Assembly (NCBI GenBank): GCA_000002445.1
Contig: CH464491.1
Span: 768,001 to 832,000 of the forward strand
DNA length: 64,000 nucleotides
Direction of reading: 5' to 3'
From: Trypanosoma brucei
Lineage: Eukaryota
Under the pieces are notes generated by a model. The model was given only the letters and a program-made list of their open reading frames with translations. It made no database searches and had not been told where the DNA came from. Of the stretch, positions 55,770 through 64,000 are shown piece by piece (positions within the stretch are counted from its first letter, which is position 1; each line of letters opens with the position of its first letter). The translations under genes were made by a program, and so were the position numbers.

Positions 55770-58358
55770 TCAACGACGGCGGGAGCGGCTACGCCCACTC
55801 TTCCCGGCGCGTTCACTACTAGGAGAAAGTGACAACCGCCACAACGCACGCTCGACGTTAGGTCGTGTGGGTGCACCCTCCAACCGTCTGCGTGCGGCAA
55901 TACCAATAACCGGTTCCTGTATCTTCGCGTTATTACGTTGCTTGCACACATCCGAAAAAGGCATGGCCTCATCATCACCGTTATTTTCTTCAATATTGAT
56001 TGGAGGAGAAGAATTCGTGCGGCGCCCACTTAATGAACCCGACCGCACATATTGAGGCAGTGGGGACGACGTCCTTAGAGCAGCCCTCGCACTCCCACGA
56101 GAAACACTCGGAACATTACGTCCCAAAGCGGGACGCAACAGTTTGCTCCTCACATCGCGCAACACACCCAACGCCCGGCGCATGCCGTCGGCCAAATTCT
56201 CGGTGCGCGGTGAGGCGCTACGTTTGGGACCCACCGGCACATTCACATCATCGCATAACTCCTCGTCGGCGGTAGGAAATACCGTACGGGCAGTACGTGG
56301 CGTGGGACTACGTTGGTGGGCCTGACTCCCATGGCACCTCGAACGATGCGCAATGTCTAATGGGGAGGAGTCAAGTACTTCCAACAGTTGCCCTCGCATG
56401 TCCCCGGCATCCTTATCCTGACGGGATGGCGTTGCGCTATGCAACCGCACAACCGAACGGCTGGTGCGAGGAGTCTCCCTTCGCGGGCTCGCTAAAGACT
56501 CCCGAACGCGGCGGGCGCTCTCACAGCGAGCCACGTGAATGGCTTGCGACATCAACAGCTTCTCCTCCCTTTCCAACTGGTGAATCCGTTCCTCAATCTG
56601 TGCATCCGACATGTGAGCACCTATAGGAATTGCATCTTCACTCATTTGTGGCCGTGGGGAAAGTGAGGTAGGAGTTAAAGTACCTCCTCCTGCACCCTCT
56701 GCCGCCGCTTGTACATTCGGCAGATCATCCTTGATCATATCATGTGCTACAGTGAGATCTTGCAGCTCCTCCCGCGCTTGCTCCAAGCGCTGACGCAACC
56801 GCTGGAGAGCCACCTTCTTGTCAGCAACTGGAGGGGTGGCGGGTCCTAAAGACTTGATCATGGGCACCCAGCGAGCGGCTATGCGCTCTATGCAGATGAC
56901 GTGTTTATACTGTAACTGGCACCGCGCTGCTTTCTCTGAAGACAAAAGCAGTTCTAGTTGGGTTACTCGTCTTTGCCGCGCCTCATAGAGTTGATACTCC
57001 CAATTCGCCAATTCAGTGTCTCCTTCAGCATCGCGCTCCTTCACACGTGCCTCCAGACGAGCAACCTTGTTGCGGCGGCACTCAATCTCATCCTCAATTT
57101 GACGTTGCCTCTTGCCCTCCCGTTCCTCAATATCGCGGTCCTGTCGCTGCTGCTGTGTCAACTCCTCTAGTCGACTGTAAAGCGGACCGATTTGATCAAT
57201 AGCCACAGAATGATCGTGCGCAATAAGAAGTCGCTGAGCATCCGCCATCGCCCGTATGGGTTCAGAGACCTGTCCCTTAAAGCTACCCACGATAGACGAG
57301 ACAGTTTTGTCGACGTACAAATAAGCATCACGCAGTCCACGTTGATAATAGGCATCACTTAACTCATCTATCCCTCGGACAATCTCTTCCGCACCTATGC
57401 TGTATTCGTGCGCGAAAAGCGGTGGCATGTTGAGTACCATAACCGGATCGTTTTTGATTTTCATGGCTCGCTGCGTAAAGCGCAGACTAGATACCGTTTG
57501 CTCAAAATTTTCCGTAGATGGGTTAATGCAACATAGAATGAAGGTCATACCGGACCCGCCCAGACAGTTCCGTAAAATACGGGTAAGTTTGGCATCACGG
57601 TAGGGTACATAAGTACGCTTGTCTACGATCGCATCCACCACATTACCAAGCGTTAGCAAGCTTTTGTTGATAAAGCCTCCTTCACGCAGCAGCATACCTT
57701 CTGTGTTTGCACGAGATGCGGATTCAGAGCCGGCAAGATCCACTAAGTTGATTGTACTCACTTGCCGGCTCGACCTGTGAATCTCAAATGTGAGAATCAT
57801 GTGCGAGCGACTACTGTGGTCATTGAGGTTCGTTACACCGTACTTGCGGTTGCGCTCCGCGGCGCCCTGCAGTTTCGTAAAACCCTCCAGAGAATCCAAT
57901 AAAACAGACTTTTTGTCGAAGTAAACCCCTCCGTCCGGCGCGTCATGAAGCGCAAGGTCACCCCGTTGAGGGTCTAACAGGTCCTTCACGGACTCATTAT
58001 ATATCTCCGTGAAGTAAACAAAAATTTCTGTTCCAGGGGAATTTTTCTTTAACTCAAAAAGCAACAATGCAGTTCGTGGCACAATGCCTGGGTCCGCGGC
58101 AGTTCCATTCATACTGTGCGTCTTCCCACTGCCCGTTTGACCATAGGCCATGACGGTGACATTCTTGCCGCCAAAACCGGCGTGTACTAGAGCCTCCAGA
58201 CCTTGAAAGATGGTGTGGTTGCTTGTGCCACCATGGTGTACTTTGTTGTACACGTAACGCACGTCAGGGTTATTTGTACTATACAACACCGTTTCTGCGC
58301 TGGACCACACGCTAGTGGGGGCGTTTGGTCGAATGCGTACATGAACCTCAATACTCAT
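55770..58358 (-). CDS. kinesin (N-terminal motor domain, central coiled coil, basic S/R-rich tail)
   Basis: The 862-aa ORF has a P-loop 'GQTGSGKTHSM', switch I 'NDHSSRSHMIL' and switch II 'LVDLAGSES'. The motor begins at residue 1 (MSIEVHVRIRPN). Coiled-coil follows, then an R/S/P-rich C-terminus. Confidence 0.85.
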   Translation of the reverse strand: MSIEVHVRIRPNAPTSVWSSAETVLYSTNNPDVRYVYNKVHHGGTSNHTIFQGLEALVHAGFGGKNVTVMAYGQTGSGKTHSMNGTAADPGIVPRTALLLFELKKNSPGTEIFVYFTEIYNESVKDLLDPQRGDLALHDAPDGGVYFDKKSVLLDSLEGFTKLQGAAERNRKYGVTNLNDHSSRSHMILTFEIHRSSRQVSTINLVDLAGSESASRANTEGMLLREGGFINKSLLTLGNVVDAIVDKRTYVPYRDAKLTRILRNCLGGSGMTFILCCINPSTENFEQTVSSLRFTQRAMKIKNDPVMVLNMPPLFAHEYSIGAEEIVRGIDELSDAYYQRGLRDAYLYVDKTVSSIVGSFKGQVSEPIRAMADAQRLLIAHDHSVAIDQIGPLYSRLEELTQQQRQDRDIEEREGKRQRQIEDEIECRRNKVARLEARVKERDAEGDTELANWEYQLYEARQRRVTQLELLLSSEKAARCQLQYKHVICIERIAARWVPMIKSLGPATPPVADKKVALQRLRQRLEQAREELQDLTVAHDMIKDDLPNVQAAAEGAGGGTLTPTSLSPRPQMSEDAIPIGAHMSDAQIEERIHQLEREEKLLMSQAIHVARCESARRVRESLASPRRETPRTSRSVVRLHSATPSRQDKDAGDMRGQLLEVLDSSPLDIAHRSRCHGSQAHQRSPTPRTARTVFPTADEELCDDVNVPVGPKRSASPRTENLADGMRRALGVLRDVRSKLLRPALGRNVPSVSRGSARAALRTSSPLPQYVRSGSLSGRRTNSSPPINIEENNGDDEAMPFSDVCKQRNNAKIQEPVIGIAARRRLEGAPTRPNVERALWRLSLSPSSERAGKSGRSRSRRR

Positions 58359-60090
58359 CCCCTATGCTTCTCGACTGCTCTTTGCTTCTGCTTCCGGTGC
58401 TTGACTATCCGCGAACCAAAGGAGAAAAGACTGTTGCTTCGCGCGCGTAAATGTTAATGACTCTTACCAATTTCTGTGGAATACAACCTCGCACCTCCTT
58501 ACCACCAACAACAGTTCTACTTTTTATTTAGTCCCCTTATCTTGTCGCTCCAGTGGGTGCCTGTCCGTTCCGATGCTTACACGTTGGGAAAGTAGAAAGT
58601 ACAGTTTGTGTATAAAACACCTGTTTCCTTTTACAACCACGCTTAGTGGGAAGCGGGGTCAATTTCGAGTGCGTAACGCCTCCTCAGAGCAAACTGGAGC
58701 TCCTTTGTTCGCTCCGCCTCTGTTTTGCTTTTTCACCCCTTGATCTTTCTTACTTGTTTTTCTGGCTTCTGCACGTTTATCCCTTCCTCTCAATCAAACA
58801 CAAAACAAACAGACGTACGCCCCCGACAGAACTCCCTTGGAACTACCCCAAAAAAGAATATAAGGGTAAATTGCGTGAAACAGAAAGAGGGAAAGAATGA
58901 GTAATAACAGCTGAATTAGTAAGCAAGAACATGACACGGCGAAATACAAACATAAATAAAAGTACGGCATAACTCTGCGAGTTGTACTAGAGGAGAAAAA
59001 CAAAATGAAGAATTTTACCAAAACGAATAAGGTCAACGACATGCGTGTGATGGTAATGGTGGTACACGTCTACCCCACTTAGCTTCTCTGTGCACTCAGC
59101 ATTGAAATAGTAAAAAACAAAAAGGAAAATACGGCAGAGACACCAAGTTGGGAGGTCAAAATACAAAGAGATAAAAGAGCAGCGGCTATTAAATAAGGGA
59201 TTATGGAGTCGTTTGCAAGCCACTCAATAGATGGTAAGAGGAGCGGAGTGATGAATGCCTTTAGCCAACTAAACTATTTGACGTGCGCATTCCCATCCCT
59301 GCACACTCACCCAACAGCGTAACAACAAACTCACAGGCAGTTGTACATACAAAATTTTGTGCATATTTAGCTTTGATTCATTTCCGTGTCTACCACACAC
59401 TTCCCTCTTGTGAATTTATATCCCCATCCCTATCCCCCTTTTTTTCCTTCCGGAATGGCTAGGTGTAGGTACTACCACCACCATCACCCATCAATCAGTT
59501 GAATAAAAACGCGAAGTAATCAAAAACAGAACAAAAAAAGGGAGCTAGAAGGTGAGGTAAAGCATCCTAACCAAAGATAAAACATACGTAAACAGCTTAC
59601 TTTTATGCCGTAATCACCACCACTACAGCCATCATTACCTCTACTTAGACTGCTTTTGCACAGCGCTCATGCAATGTCTGGCGCAGCAGTGTTTACTGGA
59701 CTTTCGAATACTTCAGAAGAAAAGGGGGAAAAAAGAATATACCTTCTGTTACTCCTCTCCCATTCGGTCAGCATTTGCGGTGGGGCTATACACGAAAAAA
59801 AAACTATTTTTTTTTATTTTTCTTCCACCGCAAATATACACACATTCACACTGCCACACAGCGCCGTGAAGGTGGCAATAAAGGATTTTACAAAAAAAAG
59901 TAACAGCGAGAACGACAACAACAATGCATATGAAAAATGTATGGGCACCTATTATTGCCTCCAAATACCCTTTAGCACTTATTTCCTTTTTGTTTTTCAG
60001 CTGGTGTCTTTAAAAGGTAAAAAAAAAAAGGATTGTCTGTCTTTTTTTTCCTTTTCAATTTTATTTTTCAAAGCAGGCACGTTCCCACAC

Positions 60091-62022
60091 TCACTGCAGT
60101 GGCGGAGGTGGGGGCGGCACAGCTTGGAACATCGGCTGAATAGGCGTCGGTACCATTCCTGGTGCTGTGATCACAGGTACCAACTGTAGTTGTATGCTTG
60201 CTCCAGCTGGCACCTGGTAATGCTGATGTCCAATGATCACGTTCGGCATGTAAGGTGGTGGAGGTGGCCGGCTGCTCAAATTTGCCTCCCGCAATGGCAG
60301 CAATGAGGGTCCGGGTGCTGCCGACTGAGAGCCATCCCACGCCACAGGGAGAGGCGCTGGAGGCAGCGGACCGCCTGGTGCTGCAGGGGCGCCAAGTGGA
60401 AGTGGGCCAGGAATGGGGATGGGGGCGGGGGCGGGGGCATCAACTGGGGCAACTCCAGTCGCAGGAACCAGTAAGGTGGAGGGACTAGTTGTAGTGGCGG
60501 AACCACATGGCACGCCTCGTCCCGCATCCAGGCGCTTTATGAAGAGTGGCCGCGAGGGAGGAGACGCCTTGTCACGGGTTGCCTGCAGGTTCAAAAGCGC
60601 ACGATGGGAATCGGCAAGGCACACACCTCCAGAGCTGCACAACACACGTTTAGACCAGCTGGTTGCCTTCAATACATCCGCCTCCTCAAGTCGCACAGAG
60701 GCGCAGCCACATTTCTCAGTAAAGTGTGAATCAACGCCCAGTGATACGTTTTTCGGATGAACAGGTACATTAATAAGGGAGAAAAACCAGGCGACGAACA
60801 CTGCGGTCACTTCGACAGGAAGACCTCCAAGAAACACGCCAGACGGGCAATTCAAACCTTCAGAAACGTGCTGTAAAAGCCGATTCGCCTCCCCATCGCC
60901 CGGGTACTGGACGTATCGGGGGTCCCCCCCACCTTGTTGTGAGGTCTGGTTAGATACTGACAAATCGGCGCCGCACGCCCCACTTACCGGAGCAGAAGGC
61001 AGAGACACGACGCTACTGAGAGACGAGGCAGTGCTACTAAACGTCGTCATTGATGGATCAAACGGCGACTGCGATTCCTTCGATACTACACCTGGTGTCA
61101 ATAGAGGTCGGGGCACAGGAACTCCACGAGAAGAGGCAGAGGCAGCGGAGGCAGCTCTGCTGTCGCGTGCAGACGGATGCCCAGCAGCACCGTACGCTCG
61201 CTCAATTACTATTGGGTGTGACGGACCCCGTTTGCGCCCGTCTGCGATATCCGTGATTGCTTCTTTCTCGAAGAGTCGTGCCATTTCCTCCGTGGAAGCC
61301 GCCACGTAAATCCCCCTGGTACCACAATAGATCCGCTGGTTCATGGAGAGCAGTGACTCCACGTCTTCCTCGTTTACCACGAATATCGAAGCACAACCAG
61401 TTGGGGAGCCGCAGCGTCCACCCTTTGCCTTACGGTGCACCAAGATGGAAGTGACCGGCACCTGAACACCACACGCGACCTCGAAAACCCAGCTTATCAA
61501 CCGCCTACCCGTCTGCACGACCTCAAAACGAAGACCACCAATAAACATTTTCGTGCCATGATGACCAGACGCAATTCCACCACCGCCGGTGCCGCACTCC
61601 TGCGCGCGGCTCTGTGGCGGCGGATTCGCCTTGAAGTAATCTGACGGTGGATACGCATGGAACGTCGCACTACTGTCCCCCCGCCCATCAATGGCCCCCA
61701 TGAGTGACCTCCATTCCTCATATTCACCACAGTCGAGGCAAGATATTTGAGTTCCACCACTAAACGCCTCATCGAAAACGCTGACGCCGACGCAGTCCTC
61801 ATTCGCCGTAGGAAACCCTAATGAACCGCACTCATTTGCGTCAGACCTCCAAATTCCAATACTGCTACCGGCTTCTGAGTCATCCAGACTAAGAAGGCGC
61901 ATTCTGTCCTCAAACTGTCGCGTTGCGTATGACTGACAGCTTGCCATACTCTCTTCACTGGATGAAAATCCATCCTGGTCCGCTAGGGAATTAGTCTCAC
62001 TTGCCGTTTCACGAAAAAGCAT
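60091..62022 (-). CDS. putative RNA-binding protein with two RRM-like domains and Pro-rich C-terminus
   Basis: The 643-aa ORF has an RNP2-like 'KMFIGGL' with an RNP1-like 'GCASIFVVNEEDVESLL', and a second pair 'GVFLGGLPVEV' with 'GCASVRLEEADVLKA'. The C-terminal about 150 aa is P/A/G-rich (PAPAPIPIPGPLPLGAPAAPGGPLPPAPLP). Confidence 0.5.
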   Translation of the reverse strand: MLFRETASETNSLADQDGFSSSEESMASCQSYATRQFEDRMRLLSLDDSEAGSSIGIWRSDANECGSLGFPTANEDCVGVSVFDEAFSGGTQISCLDCGEYEEWRSLMGAIDGRGDSSATFHAYPPSDYFKANPPPQSRAQECGTGGGGIASGHHGTKMFIGGLRFEVVQTGRRLISWVFEVACGVQVPVTSILVHRKAKGGRCGSPTGCASIFVVNEEDVESLLSMNQRIYCGTRGIYVAASTEEMARLFEKEAITDIADGRKRGPSHPIVIERAYGAAGHPSARDSRAASAASASSRGVPVPRPLLTPGVVSKESQSPFDPSMTTFSSTASSLSSVVSLPSAPVSGACGADLSVSNQTSQQGGGDPRYVQYPGDGEANRLLQHVSEGLNCPSGVFLGGLPVEVTAVFVAWFFSLINVPVHPKNVSLGVDSHFTEKCGCASVRLEEADVLKATSWSKRVLCSSGGVCLADSHRALLNLQATRDKASPPSRPLFIKRLDAGRGVPCGSATTTSPSTLLVPATGVAPVDAPAPAPIPIPGPLPLGAPAAPGGPLPPAPLPVAWDGSQSAAPGPSLLPLREANLSSRPPPPPYMPNVIIGHQHYQVPAGASIQLQLVPVITAPGMVPTPIQPMFQAVPPPPPPLQ

Positions 62023-62433
62023 TTGAAGCTTGAATCACTCTACCCCACTAGCGTGTATGGTCTGCTACTAACAAGGAGTAAGAAAGAAACTTTGCACTCA
62101 CTAGTTGTTCAAACCTTCTTCGAAAGCACAATAAAACAAGAGTAAATAAGGTGAAAAGTGGATGATAGAAATTTAAAGCAAGAGACAGGAATAACGACGA
62201 GGCAGCCAAAGGAAAAAGTACGGACACACGGGTGTACGTGGGCTGAAAAACACACCCTTAAACATAATTGTATAGTTGCGTTACCGTAGTGCGGAGAAGT
62301 AAACACGCCACGAATGGAATGCACCCCAACGAGGTTTAAAGGGGCGAAAGAAAATAGGGGCGGAGAAGCACCTCACATGCCCACGCGTAGGAAAAAGCGC
62401 ACACCGCCCATCCCCACCCCTCCCCAACTCAGG

Positions 62434-63018
62434 TCAGGAGTTAAAGTTTACATCAACCCTACCCAAAACCTCAAGTACATTTTCGCAGAACCCCTTGAAT
62501 TCCGGGACGTTGGCTAGCGCTGCCTCTAGTGCGTCAACACGCGAGCGACTGATGTTGACGATACGTAAGAGACGCTGCAGCTCCGCACTTCGAAGTTGGT
62601 TACGAAGCTTAGCGTCGCGTGCCAATGCTGCCAGATGTGCCTCTCCAAGAACAACAAGTGAGCCATCTTCGTCCCGCCTTCCATATACGGAATAATCGTC
62701 ACTCCTCCGAGCACCAGCGGAACAGTCAAGCTCCTTCTGCTCTTCCATAGTGGATGAATTGCCGGTGGTAGGTTCGGTGCAAACAGTAATATAGCCGTCA
62801 CGTGACGAATCGAGCTTCGGTTTCTTAGCAACCACATCCTCCCCACCGCCATCTTTAGGTTCCTTTAGTTGCTGTTGCTCATAAGAACAACTGCCAACAC
62901 CGCTGCCGTCGCGATGCTCTTTGAAACAATTCAAGGAACAATACATGCTACGACACTGGCGGCAGCGGTAGTGAGCTGAGTTTCCAGCACATATAATGCA
63001 ACGGAGCATCCCTGTCAT
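62434..63018 (-). CDS. zf-HIT (HIT-type zinc finger) domain protein, ZNHIT-like
   Basis: The N-terminal 'CIICAGNSAHYRCRQCRSMYCSLNCFKEH' matches the zf-HIT C-x2-C...Y-x-C-x2-C...YCS-x2-C-x3-H pattern. The C-terminal region is helical with 'LQRLLRIVNISRS'. Confidence 0.65.
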   Translation of the reverse strand: MTGMLRCIICAGNSAHYRCRQCRSMYCSLNCFKEHRDGSGVGSCSYEQQQLKEPKDGGGEDVVAKKPKLDSSRDGYITVCTEPTTGNSSTMEEQKELDCSAGARRSDDYSVYGRRDEDGSLVVLGEAHLAALARDAKLRNQLRSAELQRLLRIVNISRSRVDALEAALANVPEFKGFCENVLEVLGRVDVNFNS

Positions 63019-63566
63019 TAAGTCTACCCCACCCTGCCAACAAGCGTCAACAAACCTTAAAAACTATGAAACGTAAATGGGAGTAATGCTGAGGAGGCCA
63101 CCAGCAACGAAAGCGTCTATTCAGGCTCCCTTCTTTACTGAGGATAAAAAAAGGCAACATAAATTCGGCAGCACCAGACAAAGCAAGTATAATATGATGC
63201 AAAAAGATTTTTAAAAAAGAAAAAGAAACGGGGGGAATTGAGGAGGAAAATGGAGAAGTGAAGAAGAAATGCGACATGGTTTCATCGGCTGCTCGTGCAG
63301 CTCTCATGGAAGGCTACCCTGTGTCTGGAACGAAACAAAAAATGAAGGACGGGTTAACGAAGTTGTTAATGGTGCGAACTTCACTAGAAGTGGCTCCACG
63401 TCTACGACGAATAAACTATAGAAGAAACATAACTTGGACCCGGGCAACAGTAATGCACTTTCTCACCGTTCCGCGGCCAACTTCCCAAGCGAACACAGAA
63501 CTGCGTAAGCGGATTAAATATCTACCCAGAGACGCATTGAATTTAAAGAGCTAAACGTCCAACCAA

Positions 63567-63902
63567 TTATATGTATGTGCGCTGTCGGCCCTTAATTTCC
63601 TTTAAAACACACATACATTTATCCACAGGGAGAACACACGGGTCAAGGGATATTACAACAGTGCCACCGGTACCAAAACTGCCAAACCTGTAAAAAATAA
63701 CAACAGCAACAGTAATAACAATAAGTGCTAGAGCGGCGTAGGTAAAAATGAGGAGGAAAACTTGGGGATCTGTATACGTGGCTGGTCTTACATTTACCAA
63801 GTCGCTGTGGTCAGTGGCATAAAAGTATATCTCCCTGTACACTTCTGGCCATGGAAAACAAAAGTAAAGTAGAAGAACGTACCCATGTGCCAGGGAAGTC
63901 AA
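63567..63902 (-). CDS. possible small membrane protein (one TM helix) or spurious ORF
   Basis: The 111-aa ORF is in the cluster orientation with a hydrophobic segment 'VFLLIFTYAALALIVITVAVVIFY'. There is no other support. Confidence 0.2.
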   Translation of the reverse strand: MTSLAHGYVLLLYFCFPWPEVYREIYFYATDHSDLVNVRPATYTDPQVFLLIFTYAALALIVITVAVVIFYRFGSFGTGGTVVISLDPCVLPVDKCMCVLKEIKGRQRTYI

Positions 63903-64000
63903 AATCCCCTACTTCCCTTTTCTCACTGGACCCTTCTAGTCCCTTTCGTTCCTCCCCATTAGCATCACCATTACGGGTGATTTCACCTTCACCTCCCCAA

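Overview
The window reads as kinetoplastid nuclear DNA, most likely Trypanosoma brucei chromosome 11 (old Tb11.02 region). Two genes anchor this. The ORF at 14054-15241 (-) is a full-length match to T. brucei UDP-glucose 4'-epimerase (GalE) and ends in the glycosomal PTS1 tripeptide -TKL. The ORF at 2711-4192 (-) is the SCOT-family mitochondrial acetate:succinate CoA-transferase (ASCT), three genes away from GalE as I recall for T. brucei; this spacing is from memory and is not verifiable from the sequence. All credible protein-coding ORFs, 21 or 22 of them, lie on the minus strand and have no introns. They are separated by low-complexity UTR or intergenic DNA rich in homopyrimidine/homopurine tracts and microsatellites: (CA)n, (TA)n, (ATA)n, (CAAACA)n and C-runs. 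This is the signature of a single polycistronic transcription unit read right to left. Recognisable products are ASCT, CDC45, GalE, a MYND zinc-finger protein, a 105-bp tandem-repeat coiled-coil protein, a DWNN/RING (RBBP6/Mpe1-like) protein, a CK1-like probable pseudokinase, a WD40 protein, a gamma-secretase PEN-2 homologue, an MDP-1-like HAD phosphatase, a PDZ+WD40 protein, a kinesin, a two-RRM protein and a zf-HIT protein. Several conserved hypothetical proteins, mostly coiled-coil or acidic, fill the rest. I did not notice any tRNA, rRNA, SL-RNA, ingi/RIME/SLACS-type retroelement, CRISPR array or prokaryote-style defence or biosynthetic island. The 'undescribed system' framing probably does not apply to this eukaryotic window. 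The features most worth follow-up are two unusually long ORF-free stretches (about 3.9 kb at 31.7-35.6 kb and about 5.8 kb at 45.9-51.75 kb), the near-perfect 105-bp coding tandem repeat, the small PEN-2 ORF, and a kinase with HRD changed to HRS. All protein identifications are by eye from motifs. None has been checked by database search.
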